NCBI GenBank assembly: GCA_946409475.1
Contig: CAMJWQ010000001.1
Coordinates: 1-37,264, forward strand
DNA from: an uncultured Lachnospiraceae bacterium
GTDB taxonomy: Bacteria > Bacillota > Clostridia > Lachnospirales > Lachnospiraceae
Reading direction: 5' to 3'
Length of the DNA stretch: 37,264 nucleotides
Positions 16,804 to 25,644 of the stretch are shown here, piece by piece. Under the pieces are notes generated by a model. That model was given only the letters and a program-made list of their open reading frames with translations. It made no database searches and was not told the DNA's origin. A program made the translations under genes and the position numbers. The stretch's first letter is position 1, and each line of letters opens with the position of its first letter.

Positions 16804-17793
16804 ATGGATAATGATATATTATTAAAAATAGAAGATCTGCAAACACATTTTTTCCTGGAGGAAGGGACGGTAAAAGCCCTGAGCGGAATATCCTTTGACA
16901 TTAAAAAAGGAGAAACCCTCGGTGTGGTAGGTGAATCCGGATGCGGAAAAAGCATGACGGCACTTTCCATTATGAGGCAGGTGCCCGATCCCCCCGGTAA
17001 AATAGCAGGAGGGAAGATCCTTTTTGAAGGAGAAAATCTTTTAGGGAAAAGCAGGGCGGAAATGCGAAAAATCAGAGGCGGGCAGATCGCTATGATCTTT
17101 CAGGAGCCTATGACCTCCTTAAACCCTGTTATGACCATTGGAAAACAAATCGGAGAGACTTTGAAGATACATCAGAAGTTATCGGGAAAAGAAGCCAGGG
17201 AAAAAGCCATTGAAATGCTGCGGCTGGTAAAAATACCTGAGCCGGAACAAAGATACGGGGAATATCCCCATCAATTATCGGGGGGCATGCGCCAAAGGGT
17301 CATGATAGCAATGGCTCTTGCCTGTAATCCCAAGCTGTTAATTTGTGATGAGCCGACCACGGCTTTGGATGTTACGGTTCAGGCCCAAATATTAAAATTA
17401 ATTGATGAATTAAAAGAAACCTTACATATGTCTGTTATGCTCATAACCCATGATCTGGGGGTCATTTCCCAGGTTGCCGACCGGGTAATTATTATGTATG
17501 CGGGAAAAATCGTAGAATACGGTGATGCCAAAAATATTTTTGAAAATCCTTTACATCCTTATACGAAGGCCTTGCTGGCATCCGTACCGAAAATTATGGA
17601 GGGGGAGGAGAGGAAATTATATATGATAAAAGGTATGGTTCCTAATCTTTTGGAGGCACATAAGGGATGTCTTTTTGCTCCCCGCTGTGAGTATGCTGCG
17701 GAAAAGTGTTATCGGGAAGAACCGGAGTATAAGCAGCTGCCTTCCGGCAGGGTATCCTGTTTTCGGTATGCAAAAGACTGGGAGGGAAAATAA
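16804..17793 (+). CDS. peptide ABC transporter ATP-binding protein (DppD/OppD-like)
   Basis: Walker A is GESGCGKS, the signature is LSGGMRQR and Walker B is [12 protein letters not shown]. An oligopeptide C-terminal extension is present. Confidence 0.92.
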   Translation: MDNDILLKIEDLQTHFFLEEGTVKALSGISFDIKKGETLGVVGESGCGKSMTALSIMRQVPDPPGKIAGGKILFEGENLLGKSRAEMRKIRGGQIAMIFQEPMTSLNPVMTIGKQIGETLKIHQKLSGKEAREKAIEMLRLVKIPEPEQRYGEYPHQLSGGMRQRVMIAMALACNPKLLICDEPTTALDVTVQAQILKLIDELKETLHMSVMLITHDLGVISQVADRVIIMYAGKIVEYGDAKNIFENPLHPYTKALLASVPKIMEGEERKLYMIKGMVPNLLEAHKGCLFAPRCEYAAEKCYREEPEYKQLPSGRVSCFRYAKDWEGK

Positions 17794-18759
17794 ATGAAGT
17801 ATATCATGGAAGTAAGAAATTTATCAAAATGGTTTCCTTTGAAAAGAAAGGGAAAAAACGGAGAAAAGCTGTATGTAAAGGCAGTGAATGATGTCAGCTT
17901 CGGTGTCAGGGAGGGAGAGACTCTTGGTATCGTTGGGGAATCCGGCTGCGGTAAGTCCACTTTGGGACGGACTATGGTGAAGCTTTTAAAACCAACGGAA
18001 GGTGAAATTCTATACGGGCATAAGGATGTTACCTATTATAGTGACAGGGAATTCCGGCCTTACAGAAAGCATATCCAGATTATGTTTCAGGATCCCTATG
18101 CTTCTCTGGACCCGAGAATGACGGTGGGGGATATCATAGCGGAGCCTATGGATATCCAGAAATTATATAAAGATAAGAAGGAAAGAATGGAAAAGATAGT
18201 GGGGCTGATGGAGACCTGCGGTCTGAATAAGTCCTATATCACCAGGTATCCTCATGAATTTTCCGGAGGACAGAGGCAGAGAATCGGTATTGCCAGAGCG
18301 TTATCCGTAAATCCCCGATTGATCTTATGCGATGAGCCCGTATCTGCCCTGGATGTATCCATTCAATCCCAGATCATCAATCTGCTCATGGAATTGCAGA
18401 GAAAGCTGCATCTGTCCATGGTTTTCATATCCCATGACCTAAGCGTTGTCCATCATATCGCCGACAGGGTGGCCGTTATGTATTTAGGCAAAATAGTGGA
18501 AATTGCCGATACCGGGGAGTTATTTCATAATCCCCTCCATCCCTATACCCAGGCTCTTTTAAGCTCCATACCTGTGGTGGGTGAAAAATCCTTTGAAAAA
18601 ATGGAAATCCTGGAGGGTGAGCTGCCAAGTCCCGTTAATCCCCCCTCCGGGTGCCCCTTTCATACCCGTTGTAAGATGGCAACGGAGGAATGCAGGCAGA
18701 AGGTTCCGGAATTAAAAAATATCAGTGAAAATCATCAGGTTTCCTGTATAAAATTATAG
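17794..18759 (+). CDS. peptide ABC transporter ATP-binding protein (DppF/OppF-like)
   Basis: Walker A is GESGCGKST, the signature is FSGGQRQR and Walker B is LILCDEPVSALD. Confidence 0.92.
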   Translation: MKYIMEVRNLSKWFPLKRKGKNGEKLYVKAVNDVSFGVREGETLGIVGESGCGKSTLGRTMVKLLKPTEGEILYGHKDVTYYSDREFRPYRKHIQIMFQDPYASLDPRMTVGDIIAEPMDIQKLYKDKKERMEKIVGLMETCGLNKSYITRYPHEFSGGQRQRIGIARALSVNPRLILCDEPVSALDVSIQSQIINLLMELQRKLHLSMVFISHDLSVVHHIADRVAVMYLGKIVEIADTGELFHNPLHPYTQALLSSIPVVGEKSFEKMEILEGELPSPVNPPSGCPFHTRCKMATEECRQKVPELKNISENHQVSCIKL

Positions 18760-18822
18760 GAAGAAATACAAACAGATTTATTAGAGATAAGTTATTAAAT
18801 TTAAGTTATTAGGAGATAAACT

Positions 18823-19866
18823 ATGGCTAGAAAAAACGATGAATACTGGCAGCAGGCCCTGAAGCTGCACAGGGAAAACCCTGTGGTGGATGCTCACCTG
18901 GACCTGGCGGCTGAAATACATATGCGTTATCAGATTGGAGAAAGGGAGGTCATAAAAAAACATTACCTTGACAATTTTAAGGCAGGAGGACTGAATATAG
19001 TAGTTTCCTCCGTATTCGTAAACACAAAGGATTTGCCGGATAAAGGCTTAAAACAGGCCATGAACCAGATCAGTGCCCTTTTATGTGACCTGGAAAGTGT
19101 TAGAGATGAAGTTATGTTCATAAAGAATCAAAAGGACTTAGACGCTGTGATTGCCAGGGATAAGATAGGAATCATCTTATATATGGAGGGCTTAGACCCT
19201 ATCGGCATGGATAAGGATTTACTTTGGGGCTTCCGGGAATTGGGTGTCAGAGGTGCCAGTCTTACCTGGAGCAGGAGAAATTACCTGGCTGAGGGCTGTT
19301 GTAATGCATCTGAATTGAAGGATATTAAAGGAGGGCTTTCCGAGCTGGGAAGAGAGACGGTAAAATTAATGGAAAAGCTCTCCTTATTTGTTGATATCAG
19401 TCATTTAAATGATGAAGGCTACGGAGAGCTGATGGATATGGTAACGGCACCGGTTATCGCTACCCATTCCAATGCCAGAAGTGTCCATATGAATTACAGG
19501 AATTTAACGGATGAGCAGATAATCAAGCTTGCCGGGCATGGGGGCATTATGGGCCTGAATGCCTATGAGAGCATTGTGGGCGCCGATCCTTATGAAGATC
19601 CCATTCCCAAAATGTGTGATCATCTGGAGCATGTCATTCAGCTTGTGGGAGACAGCCATGCAGGCTACGGATTTGATTTATGTGATTCTTATTATATGGC
19701 GGCACCCAGACTTACCTTTGACGGTAAAAGGGGAGACTGCCTTCTTAATCATAAGGAAATGGCTGAAATCGCAGCAGAAATGCTGAGAAGAGGTCATTCG
19801 GAGGAGAGTATTAAGAAAATCATAGGGGGTAATTTCATCGCCTATTTCAGGAAAATGCTGCCTTAA
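18823..19866 (+). CDS. membrane-dipeptidase family (peptidase M19) dipeptidase
   Basis: AGGAG lies upstream of the start. The motifs VVDAHLDL, DISHLNDEG and ATHSNARSV match the renal-dipeptidase fold. Confidence 0.8.
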   Translation: MARKNDEYWQQALKLHRENPVVDAHLDLAAEIHMRYQIGEREVIKKHYLDNFKAGGLNIVVSSVFVNTKDLPDKGLKQAMNQISALLCDLESVRDEVMFIKNQKDLDAVIARDKIGIILYMEGLDPIGMDKDLLWGFRELGVRGASLTWSRRNYLAEGCCNASELKDIKGGLSELGRETVKLMEKLSLFVDISHLNDEGYGELMDMVTAPVIATHSNARSVHMNYRNLTDEQIIKLAGHGGIMGLNAYESIVGADPYEDPIPKMCDHLEHVIQLVGDSHAGYGFDLCDSYYMAAPRLTFDGKRGDCLLNHKEMAEIAAEMLRRGHSEESIKKIIGGNFIAYFRKMLP

Positions 19867-20018
19867 GGGATATCATCTTAAGCCGAATAAAAAATAGGGA
19901 AAAAGGTAAAATATTAATAACTATTTTAGTATTCTTATTACTTTTTTTAATTAATAATAGTTATCATATTTGATTTTATGTGTTATGATAGGAGTATAAA
20001 GAATAAAGGAGGCGCCAG

Positions 20019-20615
20019 ATGAAGGATTTTGTTGAAGCTATGCAGGAAAGAAGAAGTATTTATACAATCAGTAAAGGTTCTACCATAACAGAAGAGCGGA
20101 TAATGGAAATTGTGAAGGAGTCTGTGAAATTTACACCAACAGCCTTTAATTCCCAAAGCGGAAGAGTGGTCGTTCTGCTGCAGAAGCAGCATGACAGGCT
20201 GTGGGAAATTACACGGGAGGCTCTGAGGGCAATTGTACCGGAAGAGAATTTTGCCAGGACAAAGGAAAAACTGGACTCCTTTCAGGAGGGCTGCGGAACG
20301 ATTTTGTTCTATGAAGATATGGCTGTCGTAGAGACACTTCAGGAACAGTTTTCCATATATAAGGATAATTTTCCTGTCTGGTCCCAGCAGTCATCGGGTA
20401 TTTTGCAATATATTATCTGGACATCCCTGTCCATAGAGAGAATGGGTGCTTCCCTGCAGCACTATAATGAACTAATTGAAGAAGCTGTCAAAAAGGAATG
20501 GAAGATACCTGAAAAGTGGAAATTAATTGCGCAGATGCCCTTTGGCAAACCGACTGCAGCGGCCGGAGAAAAAGAATTTGAAGATGTGGATGCCAGAGTG
20601 AAGCTGGTAAGATAA
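20019..20615 (+). CDS. nitroreductase family protein
   Basis: AAGGAGG lies upstream of the start. The RRSIYTISK N-terminal motif and ~200 aa size are typical of the FMN nitroreductase fold. Confidence 0.75.
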   Translation: MKDFVEAMQERRSIYTISKGSTITEERIMEIVKESVKFTPTAFNSQSGRVVVLLQKQHDRLWEITREALRAIVPEENFARTKEKLDSFQEGCGTILFYEDMAVVETLQEQFSIYKDNFPVWSQQSSGILQYIIWTSLSIERMGASLQHYNELIEEAVKKEWKIPEKWKLIAQMPFGKPTAAAGEKEFEDVDARVKLVR

Positions 20616-20624
20616 TAATTTAAA

Positions 20625-20664
20625 CAGGATGAGCCTGCAAGCAGCCTCACCCGTCATGAATTAT
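20625..20664 (+). repeat. 40-bp element, copy 2
   Basis: CAGGATGAGCCTGCAAGCAGCCTCACCCGTCATGAATTAT starts 9 nt after the nitroreductase stop and ends immediately before the terminator hairpin. Confidence 0.85.
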
Positions 20665-20665
20665 G

Positions 20666-20706
20666 AACAGGAGCGATACGGTTACCGTATCGCTCCTGTT
20701 TTTTTC
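20666..20706 (+). terminator. strong intrinsic terminator
   Basis: AACAGGAGCGATACGG pairs with CCGTATCGCTCCTGTT, followed by a T-run. Confidence 0.85.
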
Positions 20707-20812
20707 TTAAAAAATGAACCAATTAATTCTTACGGATATCTAATTAGTGTAAAATAAAAAGCAGCTGCAAATATGGCGGCGGTACACCGCCGAAGAAAGG
20801 TAATAAATACAT

Positions 20813-21277
20813 ATGGATAAAGCAACTTACACCAAACTGGTACTGGAGGCAGAATCCACATTATACCATGTAGCCAGGTCAATTTTGACCGACAATTATG
20901 ATTGCGCCGATGCTGTTCAGGAGGCAATCTTAAAGAGCTACAGCAAATTGTATACATTAAAGGAAGAAGCTTATTTTAAAACCTGGCTGGTTCGCATCCT
21001 GATCAATGAATGCTATAAAATCAGAAAACAGCAAAAAAAAGTAATTCTAATGGAGGAATATGAAAAAAAGCAGTATGCAGGAGAAAGGAACAGCTACAGT
21101 GAATTATATGAGGCCCTTATGGAGATGGAAGAAAGAATTCGAGTTCCTGTGGTTTTATATTATCTGGATGGTTTTAAAATACACGAAATCAGTAAAATCC
21201 TTAAAATCCCGGAGGGTACCATTAAAAGCAGATTATCAAGAGGCAGGCATGTGCTAAGGGAAAAATTAGAAGCTTAG
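20813..21277 (+). CDS. ECF-type sigma-70 family RNA polymerase sigma factor
   Basis: Region 2 is DAVQEAILKSY...FKTWLVRILINEC. Region 4 is HEISKILKIPEGTIKSRLSRGRHVLREKL. Confidence 0.85.
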   Translation: MDKATYTKLVLEAESTLYHVARSILTDNYDCADAVQEAILKSYSKLYTLKEEAYFKTWLVRILINECYKIRKQQKKVILMEEYEKKQYAGERNSYSELYEALMEMEERIRVPVVLYYLDGFKIHEISKILKIPEGTIKSRLSRGRHVLREKLEA

Positions 21278-21288
21278 GAGGTAGTGAA

Positions 21289-22623
21289 ATGAGGGAAGAT
21301 AATTGGAAAGATACATTTCCGAAGGTGCCGGAGGTATTTCACCATAGATTGGAAAATACTCTGCAATCTTTGGAGGAAGCAGAAAGAAAAAAAAGTCATG
21401 GCAGGATAAAATGGAAGAAATCATTAGTACTGGCGGCCGCCTTAGGCTTAGTGATAGGCTTGTCCTTAACGGTCTATGCGGCAGTCCATTTATTTACCGT
21501 ACATGGAGAAAAAAATGAAGAAACCGGTACTTATACCTATTATTTTGAAACGGAAAAGGAATTGGAGGCGGCTCCTATTAAAATTATTCCCGGATACCTG
21601 CCGGAGGGTTTTGCGGCTGAGGGCGATGATTATTGTAAGTATAGTAAGGGCGGGAATAATGGCGAAGGGATTACCATAATCAGTAATAATTGGTCAAGTA
21701 AATTGTCTGTTCCCTATGTATCGGCTCAGGAAGAAACGGAGCTAAATGGAGTAAGAGCGGAAATTTTAACCAGGAACGGTCTTGAATACAATCATATCAT
21801 ACTGCTTTTCTATGAAGAGGAAGGCCAGGTCATCGAAATTATGGCTTCTGACGGAATTTCCTTAGATGAGGTAAAAAAGGTGGCGGATAATATCACATAT
21901 GAGGTCCTTACAGGAGAAGAAGCGGACACCTATCAGGCCTTTTCACAGTCAAAGGAAAGGGAGCCGGATATGGAATTTGACAATACCATAAAAAAATCCA
22001 ATATGATTCAAGTGGGTGAGGAGGTACAGGATCTCGGAGTATCAAAATATGAATTGGATACGACGGCACAGCCCTTTTATTGTGTGGATAATATAGAGGT
22101 ATCCGATACTATCCAGGAACTTCACAAAGAGGGATTCGGAGTATACTATGATTTGGTCCGGGAAAGATGTAATTCCGACGGCAGCCTAAAACCCAGAGAA
22201 AGAGTGGAGCGATACTGGGAAGATGATGAAATGAAGACCAAATCCGAAACAGTCGGCATGAAGTTCCTTTACGTGACCCTGACCTTGCAAAATAAAACCG
22301 GGGAAGCTATGACAGATATCAGTGTTTATCCCTGCATACGGTTTTTACAGGAGGAAGAAGACGGTACCTACTCTTTCATTGATAGAGATTATGAATGGGA
22401 TGAGCTGGTGAGAGAAAACAGTCCCATCTATTTTGATCAGTCTGATTATTCCGAACCGCAGCATTTCTTCTTTATGGATTTAAAAGCAGGGGAAACAAGA
22501 GAAGTACATCTCTTATATGCAGTGGATGAGGACCGGATAGATACGGGTTATCTTACCTTTAACTTAGGGGGATACTATAGCCGGGAGGGATGTACGGATC
22601 AATATTTGAAAATTACGGATTGA
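21289..22623 (+). CDS. putative membrane anti-sigma-like protein (DUF4367-like) with large extracytoplasmic domain
   Basis: AGGAGG lies upstream of the start, and the gene begins 12 nt after the sigma gene. It has a single transmembrane segment, LVLAAALGLVIGLSLTVYAAV, and a PGYLPEGF motif. Confidence 0.6.
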   Translation: MREDNWKDTFPKVPEVFHHRLENTLQSLEEAERKKSHGRIKWKKSLVLAAALGLVIGLSLTVYAAVHLFTVHGEKNEETGTYTYYFETEKELEAAPIKIIPGYLPEGFAAEGDDYCKYSKGGNNGEGITIISNNWSSKLSVPYVSAQEETELNGVRAEILTRNGLEYNHIILLFYEEEGQVIEIMASDGISLDEVKKVADNITYEVLTGEEADTYQAFSQSKEREPDMEFDNTIKKSNMIQVGEEVQDLGVSKYELDTTAQPFYCVDNIEVSDTIQELHKEGFGVYYDLVRERCNSDGSLKPRERVERYWEDDEMKTKSETVGMKFLYVTLTLQNKTGEAMTDISVYPCIRFLQEEEDGTYSFIDRDYEWDELVRENSPIYFDQSDYSEPQHFFFMDLKAGETREVHLLYAVDEDRIDTGYLTFNLGGYYSREGCTDQYLKITD

Positions 22624-22810
22624 CACTGAAAAATATTTGCTGTATAACTCGGTACAAATCAAAAGCCAGTATCCGTCACAGAGAAGGGAAGTTTCATGTG
22701 TGCGGCAGCCAGATCCGATTTGAAGGAAATAAAAAAGGATTTATCGCCGGTAAGGTTCAAAGGCCCTAAGGGCAGGAGGCGCGTTCTATGTTCACAGAAG
22801 GGAGGCAGAC

Positions 22811-22935
22811 ATGAAGATAACGGCAGGAATAACGGGAGCCGGCGGGGCTGTTTACGGATATCTCTTTTAAGGCTGTTAAGAGTCTTGGAATGGAAACTTC
22901 TATATGTTTAAATGTGCATGAAAAATATACGAAAC
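22811..22935 (+). pseudogene. decayed N-terminal stub of a UbiX-like flavin prenyltransferase
   Basis: GGGAGG lies 5 nt upstream of an ATG that opens MKITAGITGAGGAVYG, stopping at 22868. UbiX proteins begin MK.IVVGISGASGAIYG. Continuations resembling LLRVL and LGMETSICL appear only in the other two frames. Confidence 0.3.
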
Positions 22936-23122
22936 GACATGGAAAACAAACAATTCATTTAAAATTCGACAAAATATATGACCGGATTCCTAAAAAAATC
23001 AAATAAAAATGAGTAAAAATATATTTAAAATGTAGATTTGAACAAAAAAAGTGACAAATAATGAACATGCTATTGTAATGCAGGCAGAAAAAGATATAAT
23101 AAAAGCAACGAAGACGTTATCT

Positions 23123-23141
23123 GGATTTTCAAAGAAAATCC
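23123..23141. promoter_or_regulatory. perfect palindrome, candidate operator upstream of the DeoR-led operon
   Basis: GGATTTTC-AAA-GAAAATCC lies about 45 bp upstream of the first candidate start. Confidence 0.3.
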
Positions 23142-23183
23142 ATGTGGCGTCTTTTTGCATTTTTGCAAAGGAAATAAATAGGA

Positions 23184-23987
23184 ATGAATGAATTTGATGA
23201 AACAAAAAAAGTAAAAGAGCAGAATAATATGAGCAGCCGTCTGGTGGTCATTATGGAACAAATTAATAAATACGGCAGAATGAACGTTTGGGAAACGGCA
23301 GAAAGACTCGATGTCTCCACAGCCACCATCCGCAGAGATTTAAATGAGCTTGAGCAGCGGGGAATGATAAAAAGGATCCACGGAGGCGCCGTTCTTTCCA
23401 GTGTCAGTACGACCTTTGAGTATCAGTATCATGATAAAGTGGCACTCCGTATGGAGGAAAAAAGACGGATTGCCGACAAGGCGGTGGAAGAAATCCAGGA
23501 CGGTGATGCTATTTTTCTGGACTCAGGAACGACCACCTATCAAATCGCATTACTGCTGGGAAACAAAAAAAATCTGACGGTATTAACCTATGACATGTCT
23601 ATTGCGGCAGTTCTGAACAATCATCCTTCGGCCCAGGTCATTGTCACGGGTGGTGTACTGAGGCCATATTATAATGTTCTGCTGGGGTCCATAACGGAGT
23701 CCTTTATACGCAATATGATGGTAGACAAGGTATTCTTAAGTGCGGATGCCATTCATCAGACCTATGGTATTTCCAATGCTAATTTTATCGAATCCGGAGT
23801 AAAGTCCCTGCTTGTAAAGGCCGGGAAAAAAATCATACTGGTAGCCGACCGGACTAAATTCGGCAAGCTTGCCGTTTCAAAATTCTGTGATCTGGAAGAA
23901 ATTGATCTCCTTATCACGGACAGGGAGGTACCTCCGGACATGCTGGCGGTCATGCAAGGAAAAGGGATAAGGATAAAATGTGTGTAA
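23184..23987 (+). CDS. DeoR-family transcriptional regulator (SgcR-like)
   Basis: The HTH is VWETAERLDVSTATIRRDLNELEQRGMIKRIHGGA, followed by a DeoR C-terminal sensor domain. An alternative start at 23229 (MSSRL) is equally plausible. Confidence 0.85.
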   Translation: MNEFDETKKVKEQNNMSSRLVVIMEQINKYGRMNVWETAERLDVSTATIRRDLNELEQRGMIKRIHGGAVLSSVSTTFEYQYHDKVALRMEEKRRIADKAVEEIQDGDAIFLDSGTTTYQIALLLGNKKNLTVLTYDMSIAAVLNNHPSAQVIVTGGVLRPYYNVLLGSITESFIRNMMVDKVFLSADAIHQTYGISNANFIESGVKSLLVKAGKKIILVADRTKFGKLAVSKFCDLEEIDLLITDREVPPDMLAVMQGKGIRIKCV

Positions 23988-24001
23988 AAGGAGATTTTAT
24001 T

Positions 24002-24808
24002 ATGAATTGGGCAAAAGAATTGCTGGGAACAGAAAAACCGATTATTGCCATGTGTCATTTGCGGGCATTACCCGGTGACCTGGAATACGATGAGGAAAAG
24101 GGAATGTCCTATGTTGTGGAAAAGGCCGGAGAAGATTTTCAGGCATTACAAAAGGGCGGCGTAGATGCGGTAATGTTTTCTAACGAATTTTCCCTTCCTT
24201 ATCTTAAGAAGGTGAAGCCGGAAACAACGGCGGCTATGGCGGCAGTTATCGGAGAATTGAAGCCGGAAATTAAAATACCCTTCGGCGTCAATGTATTATG
24301 GGATCCCTATGCATCCTTAGATTTGGCGGCAGCAACAGGTGCTTCCTTCATCCGTGAGGTAATGAGCGGCGTTTATACGGGAGATCTGGGACTCTGGGAT
24401 AACGATGCAGGTGAAATCAGCCGTCATAGAAGAAAGCTGGGGCTGAAGGACAGAGTAAAGCTTTTATACAATATTTATCCGGAGGCGGCCTCTTATCTGG
24501 GAGCAAGAGATATTGTGGATATTGCCAAAACAAATGTTTTTAATAATAAGCCGGATGCTTTGCTCGTATCCGGAGTAACGGCAGGAGCGGATACGGATAC
24601 CTCTATTTTAAAGAGAATTAAGGAAGAGCTCCCGGATACTTATGTTTTCTGCAATACCGGCTGTAAGCTGGAAACGGTGGAAACACAGTTATCTGTTTCC
24701 GACGGTGCCATTGTGGGAACCTATTTTAAGAAGGACGGTATCTTTGAGAACTTTGTTGATTATGAAAGGGTTGCCAGGTTTATGGACAAGGTTCATTCCA
24801 TACGCTAG
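24002..24808 (+). CDS. BtpA/SgcQ family TIM-barrel protein
   Basis: I set the start at the ATG at 24002, which has AGGAG 8 nt upstream. The track ORF starts at 23978 and overlaps the DeoR gene. The sequence PIIAMCHLRALPGD...GGVDAVMFSNEF matches the BtpA family pattern as I remember it. Confidence 0.7.
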   Translation: MNWAKELLGTEKPIIAMCHLRALPGDLEYDEEKGMSYVVEKAGEDFQALQKGGVDAVMFSNEFSLPYLKKVKPETTAAMAAVIGELKPEIKIPFGVNVLWDPYASLDLAAATGASFIREVMSGVYTGDLGLWDNDAGEISRHRRKLGLKDRVKLLYNIYPEAASYLGARDIVDIAKTNVFNNKPDALLVSGVTAGADTDTSILKRIKEELPDTYVFCNTGCKLETVETQLSVSDGAIVGTYFKKDGIFENFVDYERVARFMDKVHSIR

Positions 24809-24826
24809 GGCAGTTTGGAGGATAAT

Positions 24827-25609
24827 ATGGTTACGTTTTGGAAAAATATGATAAGCAGTCAAATAGGTAAACTGGATAAGGAAAAGAGTATGGTGCTCCT
24901 TCCCATTGCCGCTATTGAACAGCACGGCGGCCACCTTCCGGTAGGTACGGATTCCCTTATTTTGGAAGCACTGCTGGAACGGTTCGCGAATACAAAGGAG
25001 TTTAAAGGATATCACGTTATCATTGCTCCTCAGCTATGGGTCGGAAAAAGCAATGAGCATTTGGGATTCCCGGGAACCATATCCTATACGGCAATAACCC
25101 TTTACAATATGCTGAAGGAAATGGTTGACAGCATGGTAAAAAGCGGTTTCAAAAAAGTGATGCTGACCAACAGCCACGGAGGAAATACGGATCTTTTAAA
25201 TTTGATTTCCAGAGATCTGAGAATTGAGTATGGAATTGACGTTTATGTCTTTGACTGGTGGTTTACGCCTTTCTGGCAGGAATTACTGGCAACGGAAAAG
25301 GAATCACCGAGTCCGTATGGGGTTTTCCATGCCTGTGAATTAGAGACGTCATTGATGATGGCCATAAATCCGGATTTGGTAGATAAGAATGCGATTACGG
25401 ACGAGACACCGGATGAGAAGTTTCAGGATATGAAATATCTTTCGCTGTTTGGTCCTGTTAATATGGGCTGGAAGACCAGGGATGTAACAAAAAGCGGAGT
25501 AATAGGCTCACCAAGCTACGCTACCGCTGAAAAAGGAGAAAAAATGCTTCAGTACGCAACGGATAAGCTGGAAGCCATTGTAGCGGAATTATTAGGGTTT
25601 CAATATTAA
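24827..25609 (+). CDS. creatininase-family amidohydrolase
   Basis: I set the start at the ATG at 24827, which has GGAGG 5 nt upstream. The track ORF starts at a TTG at 24815. LPIAAIEQHGGHLPVGTDSLI and NSHGGN are typical creatininase-fold motifs. Confidence 0.8.
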   Translation: MVTFWKNMISSQIGKLDKEKSMVLLPIAAIEQHGGHLPVGTDSLILEALLERFANTKEFKGYHVIIAPQLWVGKSNEHLGFPGTISYTAITLYNMLKEMVDSMVKSGFKKVMLTNSHGGNTDLLNLISRDLRIEYGIDVYVFDWWFTPFWQELLATEKESPSPYGVFHACELETSLMMAINPDLVDKNAITDETPDEKFQDMKYLSLFGPVNMGWKTRDVTKSGVIGSPSYATAEKGEKMLQYATDKLEAIVAELLGFQY

Positions 25610-25644
25610 TGAAATAAACAAAAAAATACATAAGGAGGAACATT

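Noticed and set aside
19901-19975. 9-bp inverted repeat ATAACTATT...AATAGTTAT in the AT-rich spacer before the nitroreductase gene.
   Set aside because: A short AT-only repeat in a very AT-rich spacer is likely to arise by chance, and nothing else supports it.
11484-20664. The 40-bp inverted repeats could be ends of a composite transposon.
   Set aside because: This is not fully excluded but downgraded. There is no transposase or integrase inside, and no target-site duplication (left flank gccttatt, right flank gaacagga). Both copies are also in the same orientation relative to the outward-facing genes, which fits a 3'-UTR motif equally well.
22696-22911. 71-aa Arg-rich ORF.
   Set aside because: It has no ribosome-binding site and a basic low-complexity sequence. 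It merely runs through the decayed ubiX-like stub in a different frame.
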